DNA from: an uncultured Gammaproteobacteria bacterium
Lineage (GTDB): Bacteria; Patescibacteriota; Microgenomatia; CAYXHB01; CAZYTL01
Assembly: GCA_964650355.1 (NCBI GenBank)
Contig: CAZYTL010000003.1
Span: forward strand, 1,750-65,749
DNA length: 64,000 nt
Direction of reading: 5' to 3'
Both the position numbers and the translations under genes were made by a program. The notes under the pieces were generated by a model, which searched no databases, had not been told where the DNA came from, and was given only the letters and a program-made list of their open reading frames with translations. The number at the start of each line of letters is the position of its first letter. Position 1 is the first letter of the stretch. Below are positions 30,862-40,400 of this stretch, piece after piece.

Positions 30862-31659
30862 TCACACCTGCATCAAAAACTCCTCCGCCAACTTCCCCGC
30901 CTCTCCGTTCGCCCGGTAAAAATTCTTCCACACCACCACAATATCCGCTCCGTTAAACACCGCCGATTGAATCTCCCGCGGCTTATCCCCCCCTGCCACC
31001 GACACCATCACATTAAACGCCCCCTTAATCTTATTAATCATCTGAATCGGCAACGGCTTGTCAGAAAACTCCTCCTCATCCACCCCCCGGTGCAAAATCA
31101 CCACCTGCGGCAACTGCTTCAACTTTCTCAGCACCTTGTAAGGCTGCTCCACATTCATCATATCCACCATTGCATCCACCCCGTGCTCCTCGCACTCAGC
31201 CATAAACGCATCCAAAGATTCCACCGGCGCCATCCCCAAAGCCACCGCCCCACTCGCCCCCGCCTCTGCCGCAATCTGCACCTCAGTCGACCCCCGATCC
31301 ATCATCTTCAAATCCGCCACCACATAAGCTTGTGCCATTTCCTGACTCAGCCCTCCCTCATTCCTCATCCCCGGACTCTTCATCCCCGACTTTAACAACA
31401 TCCCCAATATCCCAGTGAACTGAACACTTTCTTCCTTATCATAAACCAGATTCTGTCCCATCAAATGTGTCCGATACCAATACTTAATCCTCCTAATCCC
31501 TTCCGCTCCATAGCGCTTAATCAATGGCGTCCCCGCCTCTACAATAATCCGCTCGCTTCTAGGCAACTGACTGATAATCCGTCGTGCATCGCTCAACGTC
31601 CCGTTCAGCGCCACCTGCAAATACCTTTTCTTCGGATCCAATAATGAATTCCTTTTCAC
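30862..31659 (-). CDS. KGPDC/OMP-decarboxylase-superfamily protein (3-hexulose-6-phosphate synthase-like)
   Basis: LQVALNGTLSDARRII...IIVEAGTPLIKRYG matches the HPS/KGPDC N-terminal signature, but with N replacing the catalytic D. About 70 aa inserted. Confidence 0.65.
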   Translation of the reverse strand: MKRNSLLDPKKRYLQVALNGTLSDARRIISQLPRSERIIVEAGTPLIKRYGAEGIRRIKYWYRTHLMGQNLVYDKEESVQFTGILGMLLKSGMKSPGMRNEGGLSQEMAQAYVVADLKMMDRGSTEVQIAAEAGASGAVALGMAPVESLDAFMAECEEHGVDAMVDMMNVEQPYKVLRKLKQLPQVVILHRGVDEEEFSDKPLPIQMINKIKGAFNVMVSVAGGDKPREIQSAVFNGADIVVVWKNFYRANGEAGKLAEEFLMQV

Positions 31660-31739
31660 TAATTACATTCTACGATCTCCATGGATTCTTCACAATCAGC
31701 ACCCACCGAAAGTCGACCCCACCCACATCCGCACCCTTT

Positions 31740-32819
31740 TTAACTCACCAACACATACCTCGCCGCTTTCGTCCTCCCTTTCTTCCTCACCAACTTCTTC
31801 CTCATCAGATCAGTCAAATCACGCAACAACGTATCCTCGCTCACTTTAGGTATCAATTCCTTGGCATCGCGCATATACAACTCCTCATGCTCCTTCATAT
31901 ACTCCACCAGCTTAATCTGTCTGTCTGACAACGCAATCTGCTTCCCCACCTTATTCTTCAACCTCTCATCCATCGACAATCTCCTCACCTTTTCCTTCAC
32001 CCTGGTTAACTCCACCGCCAGAGCTTGAGTAAAATACTCTAGCCAACTTGTTAAATCCCTTTCTTCCAGCTCTTCAGTTTGGTTCGACACCGCTTGCAAA
32101 GCACTATAATAAGCCGCTACATCCTGGTCAAAATATTCTTCCAAACTGAACAGCCTCCGGATATCATACCCCTCCGCCCACAACACCAGTGTCGCCATCG
32201 CCCGTGCCACCCGACCGTTACCCTCCACAAACGGATGAATCGCCACCAGAAAATAATGAGTAATTGCCGCCCTCAAAACCGGATGAACCTTCAGACTCTG
32301 CCTATCATTCAACCACAATAATAATCCTTCCACCAAATACGGCACCTCCACCGCCGGCGGCGCCTTGTAACTCGCCTCCCCGCTTTGCACACTCCGCACG
32401 ATCACCTGCGCTTCTCTGAACTTTCCTACCCCATGATCTACCACCCTCTCCACCGTCAACTGATGCATCCTCAATAACTGTTCTTCCGTGTACTCAAACG
32501 GCATCTCCTTGTCCTGTCGCAAAGCTTCCAACCGGTCAATATACTTCAGCACCTCCCGATAATTTAACACCTCCTGCACATCCCTCTCCCGCGCCACCAC
32601 CTCTTTGCCTTCTAGCACCTCTCTCGCCTGATCCAGACTTAGGGCATTCCCCTCAATCGCTGTCCCGTAATGCACCGTCTTCACCACTGCCTCCTCCACA
32701 AACTGCTTTTCCCACGCCGGCACAATCGGCGCATTCACAATCACCTCACGGCACGCCTCAATAATTCCGATATTACCCAAAATGTCATTGGTAATTTGAA
32801 ATTTAGGTAAATACATCAA
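31740..32819 (-). CDS. Fic-family protein (AMPylase-like) with C-terminal wHTH
   Basis: Fic motif HPFVEGNGRVARA. N-terminal GTAIEGN resembles the inhibitory (S/T)xxxE(G/N) helix with S/T replaced by G. Confidence 0.85.
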   Translation of the reverse strand: MMYLPKFQITNDILGNIGIIEACREVIVNAPIVPAWEKQFVEEAVVKTVHYGTAIEGNALSLDQAREVLEGKEVVARERDVQEVLNYREVLKYIDRLEALRQDKEMPFEYTEEQLLRMHQLTVERVVDHGVGKFREAQVIVRSVQSGEASYKAPPAVEVPYLVEGLLLWLNDRQSLKVHPVLRAAITHYFLVAIHPFVEGNGRVARAMATLVLWAEGYDIRRLFSLEEYFDQDVAAYYSALQAVSNQTEELEERDLTSWLEYFTQALAVELTRVKEKVRRLSMDERLKNKVGKQIALSDRQIKLVEYMKEHEELYMRDAKELIPKVSEDTLLRDLTDLMRKKLVRKKGRTKAARYVLVS

Positions 32820-32820
32820 A

Positions 32821-33486
32821 CTAATATCGCAGCGAAGATAACCACAAAATCAAAAACCCCACCCCAGCAATTATCAATATTCCTACTGGTATCATAAGTA
32901 AAGCCTGCCACCAACTCAACCTGCGATCATATTTGGCTACCTTTTCACTAAAAGAATCCATAAACCATTGTGCTTCCCTTAAATTAGGCATAAAATCTAC
33001 TCCTCGACTCTTACAAAACCCTTCTACCACTTCTAATATTGAAGCACAATTCTTAACCAAAATCCCTCTTTCCATTAACTGGGTCCTCACAAATGACGAA
33101 CTCACAATTAAATATTTCGTATCATCACTTACCTCCCGATACAAAACTGAAGTAATTTGCGGCCAGTTTGGTGACCAAAATGAACTCTTTTCATTAAAAA
33201 ACGCTAAAGTAAAATTATTCTCCCCATGGCTATCTACCACTCCCGATCCCAATTTATCATATACCGGTTTAGGTATTAAAAATCTCTCCTCTCGGGGTCG
33301 CTCTTCTTCAGGTAACAACCTATGCCAACTTTTCAACAGCTCATATAAATCTCTACCCTGCACCTCGACCGGCAACTTAATAATTACAGATCGATAATTT
33401 GCATTTCTCTCCGCCCAATCCTCCATCCCCGTTAGTGCTCGGGCAGCAAATTCCTCCACTACAAAATTTAATAAAGGATTAGGCAT
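32821..33486 (-). CDS. Hypothetical protein with C-terminal TM anchor, translationally coupled upstream of fic
   Basis: Its stop codon is 1 nt from the fic start codon. 221 aa. Confidence 0.45.
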   Translation of the reverse strand: MPNPLLNFVVEEFAARALTGMEDWAERNANYRSVIIKLPVEVQGRDLYELLKSWHRLLPEEERPREERFLIPKPVYDKLGSGVVDSHGENNFTLAFFNEKSSFWSPNWPQITSVLYREVSDDTKYLIVSSSFVRTQLMERGILVKNCASILEVVEGFCKSRGVDFMPNLREAQWFMDSFSEKVAKYDRRLSWWQALLMIPVGILIIAGVGFLILWLSSLRY

Positions 33487-33594
33487 ATCCCCTCCACTCT
33501 ATCATAAATTTCCGCACAATTCACGCACTCATTACGTTTAGCAATCAGCAATTTCGGCCTCTGGCCGAAATTTCCACTCCAAAATCTTCACTCC

Positions 33595-34761
33595 TTATTT
33601 TTGATTTTTGCTATTTGATATTTCTAATAGGTATCCTCTTCCTCTTACTGTCCTCAAGTCATACCCGCTTCCCAGTAACTTCTTCCTCAAACGTGAAATC
33701 GCCTGATCCACGGCCTCTTCCGACACTCCTTCAGGATTGTCCCCTGGCCAACCCGCTTCCACCAACTCTTCCCTCTCGCATACTCCCCCTGCCCTATCCT
33801 TTAAACACTTCCACAACCGATACTCAATCTGTGTCAACCTGTTCTCAACCTTAGCCTCTCCGATCTGAGCCTCGCTCGTCTCCTTTCCCTCGCCCTCTGT
33901 CCACGTCTCAGCTCTATCTCTGACAAACCTCTCCACCGCCTCTGACCCAATCACACATTTTTGTTCTCCATTTGACAAAGCTGATAAACTCCTCAGATCA
34001 GCTTTGTCATCCTGAGCGCTCCTAAAACGATGTGACGTTTTAGGGCGTCGAAGGATCTCCTTTACTACTCCCCACCCCCACAACCCCTTATTCATCACCT
34101 CAACACCATCCCTGACGAACTCCACCAACTGCTTTCGTTGTTCTTCGTTCAACCCCCGCCAAATCATCTTCAACATTCCTCTTAGCCTGGCAGAACTTTC
34201 CACCTCCTCCCTGCCTTCCACCAACCATGACTTAACCAATCCCGGAATTCCTCCTGAAAACAAATAAATCTCTTCCCTTTCCTCCTTATTCACCTTCATT
34301 CCTAACCTCCTGGCCACGTTATCAATCACCGCATCTGTTTCTTCTCTCCTACATACCGGAAAATATAACTTTGATTCTGTCACCAACTCATAAAAATTTC
34401 CCATCCTCTCCGCTTCCCGGCTCAAATCACACCTCGTACTCGTCACCACCAAATAAGTCACATGATACTTCCGTTCATCCCTGATCGCCCGCAAATGATT
34501 AAACACCTTCGGTTCAGCCATCTTTAATAACGATTCAAAATGATCTATCACCACCGTCGTTGGTTTCTTCCTGTCAACCTCGCTCATTTCCAGTAATTTA
34601 AACGGCACCAGATTTGCATCCCGCTTCACCAACTTCCTCCCCTTGATCTCTAATTCTCTAATCATCCGGGTCATCCCCCACCCCGGCAAACCGCATAAAC
34701 GCACTGATAACCCGGCATCTAATTTCTCCACCACTGACTTCATTACTTGGCTTCTAGACAT
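33595..34761 (-). CDS. Degenerate P-loop NTPase-like N-domain + C-terminal OmpR-type wHTH (paralog family with 23888 and 43461)
   Basis: LCGLPGWGMTRM (Walker-A-like), VVIDHFE (Walker-B-like) and C-terminal ISRLRKKL...VRGRGYLL. Carries palindromic element copy C in-frame. Confidence 0.6.
   Translation of the reverse strand: MSRSQVMKSVVEKLDAGLSVRLCGLPGWGMTRMIRELEIKGRKLVKRDANLVPFKLLEMSEVDRKKPTTVVIDHFESLLKMAEPKVFNHLRAIRDERKYHVTYLVVTSTRCDLSREAERMGNFYELVTESKLYFPVCRREETDAVIDNVARRLGMKVNKEEREEIYLFSGGIPGLVKSWLVEGREEVESSARLRGMLKMIWRGLNEEQRKQLVEFVRDGVEVMNKGLWGWGVVKEILRRPKTSHRFRSAQDDKADLRSLSALSNGEQKCVIGSEAVERFVRDRAETWTEGEGKETSEAQIGEAKVENRLTQIEYRLWKCLKDRAGGVCEREELVEAGWPGDNPEGVSEEAVDQAISRLRKKLLGSGYDLRTVRGRGYLLEISNSKNQK
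33972..34058. repeat. Double-hairpin palindromic element copy C (in-frame in the 33595..34761 gene, translated as ILRRPKTSHRFRSAQDDKADLRSLSALSN)
   Basis: Hairpin 1 gacaaagctgat/atcagctttgtc, hairpin 2 cctaaaacg-atgtga-cgttttagg. Stem changes relative to copies A and B are compensatory. Confidence 0.8.
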
Positions 34762-34907
34762 CCCCTATATTATAAAACTTCCCCACAATTTTGTCAGCTT
34801 CTTGTCAGGCAAACTTGACTCATAGGTTATACTATATATGCCAAGGATTCACCCCAACTACCCGGCCATTAGTGCGGCCGGGATGTCTGTGGTGACTTCT
34901 TTTTAAA

Positions 34908-35324
34908 AAGAGGAGAAACCGGAAATCAAATATCAAACCAAAGGAGGCCCAAATGGCCAAGAGATTGACAGTCCTCGTCATCGTGGCCATCGTATCCTTG
35001 ATGGCCGCAGTCCCCGCATTTGCTCAAGGCCCCACTACTACGTGGAGGACCGCAGGCACCACACAACGGTGCGTCGGGTCGTGGTGTGTGACGCACCACG
35101 AATGGGAGAACATGGGAGGCCCGGGACCCAACCGATGGGTGGACACCACCGTCGACACCCCATACGGCAGCCGCAGCTTCAGCAGAGGGCTGCCCAACGA
35201 GCCATCCGCCCCTCCGGGGCAACTGGAGATTAACATCCAATACAATTTGCACAGCAGAGAGGGCAACCCCGGAATCACCATCCGGGGACCCCGGCAGTAA
35301 GAGGAGTCACCCGGTTTCTCCTCT
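34908..35324. other. GC-rich (~60% GC) cassette bounded by 13-bp perfect inverted repeats GAGGAGAAACCGG / CCGGTTTCTCCTC
   Basis: Base composition and codon usage differ sharply from the flanks and show no C>G skew. A hairpin cccggcc-attagtgc-ggccggg sits at 34861-34882 just outside. Confidence 0.5.
34953..35300 (+). CDS. Small secreted protein (signal peptide, two Cys), GC-rich codon usage
   Basis: Strong SD aaaggagg 6 nt upstream. MAKRLTVLVIVAIVSLMAAVPAFA|QG signal peptide. Mature region CVGSWCVTHHEW. Confidence 0.55.
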   Translation: MAKRLTVLVIVAIVSLMAAVPAFAQGPTTTWRTAGTTQRCVGSWCVTHHEWENMGGPGPNRWVDTTVDTPYGSRSFSRGLPNEPSAPPGQLEINIQYNLHSREGNPGITIRGPRQ

Positions 35325-35438
35325 CCTCTATCACCCGCCCATTTTAGTCCCCTCTTTTGTCATCCAATTGTTAACTTCCCGTCCAGCAAAGATCTACCTC
35401 TTCCCATTACACTAAAAGTAATTTTTCTTCTCGAGTCC

Positions 35439-35936
35439 ATGCCTCCCAACACTAATTCTCCACCAGCCTCAATCTCATCCCTTACCCAACTTCAACACCG
35501 ACTTCAAGACCTCAAATTTCAAAAACGGCCCCAACTCTTAACCCTCCTTGCTCAAAACCGACATCAAAGAAATATCAACCATATCACCGACCACGTCACC
35601 TTGGCCACCGAACTTGAACTCCTTGATTACCGCATCTCCCAGCTCGAAGCCCTCCTCTCTCGCGCGTCTCTTTCAGCCCTTTCCACCGAACTCCCCCACG
35701 CTAACCAAGTCGATCTCGGCTCCACCGTCATCCTCCAATCAATCTCTACCCAACACCAACGCACCGTCCACCTCGTTCCCGACTGGGAAATCAACCCCGC
35801 TCAAGGCAAAATCTCCTTATCTTCCCCTCTGGGACAATCTCTCCTAGGTAAACAAGTCAATCACCTTATCCAGGTGTCCACCCCCTCAGGCCAAATCCAA
35901 TATCAAATCATCCAAATTTCTCAGACATTTCCCTAA
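35439..35936 (+). CDS. greA: Transcription elongation factor GreA
   Basis: C-terminal ISLSSPLGQSLLGKQVNHLIQVSTPSGQIQYQIIQI matches the GreA/B FKBP-like domain signature, preceded by a coiled-coil N-domain. Confidence 0.8.
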   Translation: MPPNTNSPPASISSLTQLQHRLQDLKFQKRPQLLTLLAQNRHQRNINHITDHVTLATELELLDYRISQLEALLSRASLSALSTELPHANQVDLGSTVILQSISTQHQRTVHLVPDWEINPAQGKISLSSPLGQSLLGKQVNHLIQVSTPSGQIQYQIIQISQTFP

Positions 35937-36106
35937 ACCATGGACCTCATCCTAAAAACCATTCTCGATTTACTTCATAAAATAACCCAATTTATCGATC
36001 CTCAGCTCGGCTATCCCCCCACATCACAACTCAGCTACGGAGAACACTAACAGCCCAAATTAACTAATTACTGATACTCCTCAAGCACAAAAATCTCAGC
36101 TCTCTT

Positions 36107-37237
36107 CTACAACTTCACCACCTTTCCCTTCACTCCTTCTACCAAATGCTCGTCCGCCGTGGTCATCACCGTCTGCTGGTCATTCACCACCTGCATCACC
36201 ACCTTCCTATGCTCATGATCCAACTCCGAAAAAATATCATCCAAAAGTAACACGGGTTTCTCTCCTGTCACCTTCTCCATAAATGCCAACTGCCCCAACT
36301 TCAGCCACAATACCGCCATCCGCTGCTGGCCACGAGAACCGTAAGTGGCAAGGTCAATAGTTCCAAAGCTACGAGGTTTCGAAGTTTCGAAGTCATTATG
36401 GTCACTTTCACCTTGAAACTTAACTATCATGTCATCTCTGTGCGGTCCTACTAGCGTCACCCCAGCCGCTACCTCTTCTCTCCCATACTGTTTCAGCCTC
36501 TGCTCACTAATCACACTGCTGTCATATACTACTTTATATTGTCCGTGAATCTTGAATCTTGCCTGCCCGTCCTCCTGGCGGGAATCTTGAATCTTCTCCC
36601 TACTATTCAAAAACTCAATCAACTCTCTCCGGTATCTCGTTATCACCTGCCCCTCTTTAATCAATAATCGATCCCAAAAGTACAACTGCGACCGACCGGC
36701 AACCCCTTCCTTGATTGCCTGCAATACCTTATTCCTCCTCCGCACACCTTTCTCATAAGACAATAAAGCCCGATAATAATCCGGATAAATCTGACTCAAT
36801 ACCTCATCCAAAAAATTCCTCCTTCGACTCGGGCTCCCTTCAATCAACCTCATATCTCCAGGCCCAAACATTACCACCCGCAAATTCCCCGCAAACGTTC
36901 TTAACTGTCGCCGCACCCCATTCACCATCAATGACTTTCTCGGCACCTTCTTACCTTGCACCTCTCCCCGCGTCACTACCACCTCAAGCTCAGTACTCTT
37001 ATCCCCAAACTCCTCTTGAATCTCTCCCTTCACCCTTCCCACTTCCTTCCCCCACTTCACCATCTCCTCTATCCTCTCCGCTCTGAAACTCTTCCCTGTC
37101 GCCAACAAATAAATCGCCTCCATCAAATTTGTCTTCCCGCTCCCGTTAGCTCCCACCACCACCGTCATCCGCGGCAACTCCAACACAAAATCCTCATGAT
37201 TCCTAAAATCAGCTAACCACAGAGTCTTCAACTTCAC
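36107..37237 (-). CDS. recF: DNA replication and repair protein RecF
   Basis: VVGANGSGKTNLMEAIYLLATGKSFR. Contains in-frame short repeats (gtttcgaa x2 at 36377-36392; gaatctt direct repeats flanking a 22-nt insert at 36547-36596). Confidence 0.9.
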   Translation of the reverse strand: MKLKTLWLADFRNHEDFVLELPRMTVVVGANGSGKTNLMEAIYLLATGKSFRAERIEEMVKWGKEVGRVKGEIQEEFGDKSTELEVVVTRGEVQGKKVPRKSLMVNGVRRQLRTFAGNLRVVMFGPGDMRLIEGSPSRRRNFLDEVLSQIYPDYYRALLSYEKGVRRRNKVLQAIKEGVAGRSQLYFWDRLLIKEGQVITRYRRELIEFLNSREKIQDSRQEDGQARFKIHGQYKVVYDSSVISEQRLKQYGREEVAAGVTLVGPHRDDMIVKFQGESDHNDFETSKPRSFGTIDLATYGSRGQQRMAVLWLKLGQLAFMEKVTGEKPVLLLDDIFSELDHEHRKVVMQVVNDQQTVMTTADEHLVEGVKGKVVKL

Positions 37238-37364
37238 AGTCCAATTTTACACTAAATCCAAATCATACGAATTCCAACTAGACCCTTCTCACCTTTTCTT
37301 CACCAACTCCCCCTTGCCTTCCCATATTTTTAAAATATAAACTTAAATTAAGCAAACGCCTTTC

Positions 37365-37385
37365 ATATTCGGATCATTCGTATCG
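37365..37385. promoter_or_regulatory. tttcatattcggatcattcgtatcg motif about 100 bp upstream of the 1235-aa gene, shared with 27569-27589
   Basis: 17-20 nt identical between the upstream regions of two genes that also share a C-terminal protein module. Confidence 0.4.
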
Positions 37386-37483
37386 CATCAAGCCTGCTTA
37401 GTAGCGATCCTAATCCACGAATACATCCTAATGATCCTAATACAACTTTCAATTCCTAAGACAATAAACCAACCACCCCATCC

Positions 37484-40400
37484 ATGCCCTCAGAATTCTC
37501 GACCCTCACCGATCTTGCCCTCAGCCATGGTATTAAACATTCTGAACTCATTGATCAGATCCACGAAGCCATCCTGGTAGAATTTCTCAAAAAATACCCC
37601 GAACAAGCCAAAAACGCTTCCGTATTAGTCGACGCTCAAACCGGTAAAGCCACCATCTTATCTAATAAAAAAGACATCACCCCGCCTGAATTTGCTCCTC
37701 ATGCAGAAAGTATCGCCCGCCAAGTCATCCTCAGTCACCTGAAAAAAGCCGACACCTCTCCTCCTCCACCGCCAGCCGAAAAAATCGCTCCCCAGCCTCG
37801 CATCCTCTCTCAGCATCCCGACTCTCATCCCGGCAAGTCCGTCTCTTCCTGGCTCGCCCGACTTATTTTCTGGGGCTACAATGGTTTCTTCCTCTTTATG
37901 CTCTTCATCTTTATTTGGGGCCTCTTCACCAAAGACCTCCGCACCAGCTTTTTAGACCAACTCCAGCAAATCAGCCTTTACCAAAGTCTCCTCCTCCTCG
38001 TCCTCGTCGCTACCCCCGCAACCAGCATCTATCTGGCCCTCAAAAACCACCTTTCCCGTCAACCACACCAGCTCGCCCAGCTATTTTTCTTCCTCGAAGT
38101 TCCCCTCATCGGTCTCACCTTCATCTTTCTCTCCTTTGATCAAGCCATTCCCATCATCAAACTCTTTGCCCTGCTCGCCCTTCTCATCCCCATTTTATTC
38201 TTCGGCTACGTCAAACAAATCAAAGTCGACAATCTCCCCAAAACCTATCTTCTCACCGCCATCATCCAAATCTTACTTCTCATTGTTGGCTACTTCACCC
38301 TCCTTTATTCTTTCTTCTCCCCCATTTTCTTAGGCTACCTCGCCAAATCTATCTTTTCAGGCATCGTTTCCGACTTTACGGATTATATCTTTACCAACTT
38401 CGTTAGCATCTCCACCCTTTGGGAAATCCTCTATTTCCTCATCATCATTTCTCTCGCCATTTTTGGCCTCATTATTGTTACCCTCCTCATCTTCCTTCCC
38501 TACCTCCTCACTTATCTGTTTGCCAAAATGTTTCTCCAATACCGCACCCGGCTTCTGAAATATGTAGACGAACAACGCACCTCCGTCTTTATTGGCCTTA
38601 CCACCTTGGCCATGCTCATCCTTACCATCGGTCTTTCTTACCAAGCAGACATCAGTCCCTATCTCAGCCAGCTTGAACAACTCTCCACCGCCACCACCTT
38701 CGAGGACAAACTCCACATCGCCCAACAACTCCAGCCTCATCAGTCTGCAATTAAACAAACCCTCCAGGACATGAACAACTATGGCCGACGTTATCCTTTT
38801 CATAAAAACGACCGCTATCTGGCTAATGCTTACCAATCCGTTTTTCGTCTTGACCAAACCACCGCCAACCACCTCCAAAGCCTCTTTCACACCCTCGCCT
38901 ATCCCTTTGTCTACTGGGGACCTACCGATAGCTACCAACTCCGCCAAAATTTCACCTACCTCTTCGGCAATCCCGACGCCCCCACTCCCAGTCAACCTAA
39001 ACCCAATGTTGAGCTAGTATCCAGAGACGTCCAGGCCCAAACCGCTTATCAAGATCAACTCGCTACCATCACCGTTACCGAAGAATACACTAATAAAACC
39101 TACCAACAACAACAAGTCATCTACGAATTCTCTCTCCCCAACTCAGCCGTCATCACCGATCTCCGACTCGGTCCTAACCTGGAATTTCCCGGCGTCATCG
39201 CCCCCAAAGGCGCTGCCAGTGCCACCTATGAACGCGAACTTCAACGCCGCCGCGATCCTGCATTACTGGAACAAGTCGGCCCTCGTCAATACCGCCTCCG
39301 CGTCTTCCCCATCCCTGCCAAAAACGACCGCACCACCCTCCAGGGAAAAAACCAAAAAGTCCAGTTCACCTACATAGTTAACGCTACCTCACAGGGCTAC
39401 ACCTTACCCAACTACTCCAAGACTCAAAACATCAATCCCGATCCTGCCGACTACACCGTCAGCCTAAACCACCAATCCGTCAGTGCCTTCATCTCAGATG
39501 CCTACATCCGTGATCCCCAAACCAATGGTCCATCCACCGATCCTTGCCAGGTCACCCAAACCCAAACCACCAAAACCCTTCTCGAAAACATCTCCGTTTC
39601 CTTAGTCCCCCATTCTTCTCAATCCCAATTAACCAACAACTTTGACTGTCAAGAAGATGAAGCACTCAAATTCCCATCATTGCTCACCAATCAACGTATC
39701 GCCCTTCTCTACGATGTCTCCCGTGGTAACAAAAACGCTGAAGAGTACGAATTATTCTTTAAAGCTCTTGATGCTCACACCCAACTCCTCACCCAGAACA
39801 CTTTTGATCTCTATCTCTTCAACGATCAACTTAGTCAACCAATTAAGCTCACTAACTCCAATCTCACTACCACCACCAGTGGCCCTAACCTCGTCTACTT
39901 TGGTACTAGTGATCTCAACAAAGCCTTAAAAGAATTCTCAGGTGTTTACGATCTGGCTATTATCATCACCAATCAAACGACAGCTTTTGCCAACTTAAAT
40001 CTCCCCTCCCAGTTCAACTTCCCCATCTATCTCATCCACACCGACATTATTCCTCCCTACAACCAAACGTTTACTAACTACCTCATCCAACACCAGGGCT
40101 ATGTCGCCAATAATCTGTCTGATGCTCTCGACCACTTCGTCCTCACCCAAAACCTCCAACCTTCAAACACCCAAGTCTTGACCGTCTCCCCTTACTGGAG
40201 CCTCACCGTTCCCGCCAATTCTTTACCAGCCATCACTAAATTACCAGAATTTACCATCACCCAAACTCCCCTTCCCTCTCCCACACCTCGAATAAACAAT
40301 AACCTAGTCTGCGGTACCTACTTCCGTCGCAAAACCTCCAATACCATGGTCCAGGGAAACTGGACAGATGACCCCCAATACACCATTTCCAAACAAAAAT

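Noticed and set aside
30802-31928. His/Arg/Leu-rich + strand ORFs (197 and 114 aa) over the KGPDC and Fic genes
   Set aside because: Antisense artefacts. Low-complexity HRL repeats.
34926-35281. Minus-strand and alternative-frame ORFs overlapping the GC-rich small secreted protein gene
   Set aside because: High GC reduces stop codons in all frames. Only the 34953-35300 frame has an SD, a signal peptide and sensible composition.
38357-38995. 212-aa minus-strand ORF inside the 1235-aa gene
   Set aside because: Antisense to a long, consistently composed + strand ORF. G/E/V-rich antisense composition.
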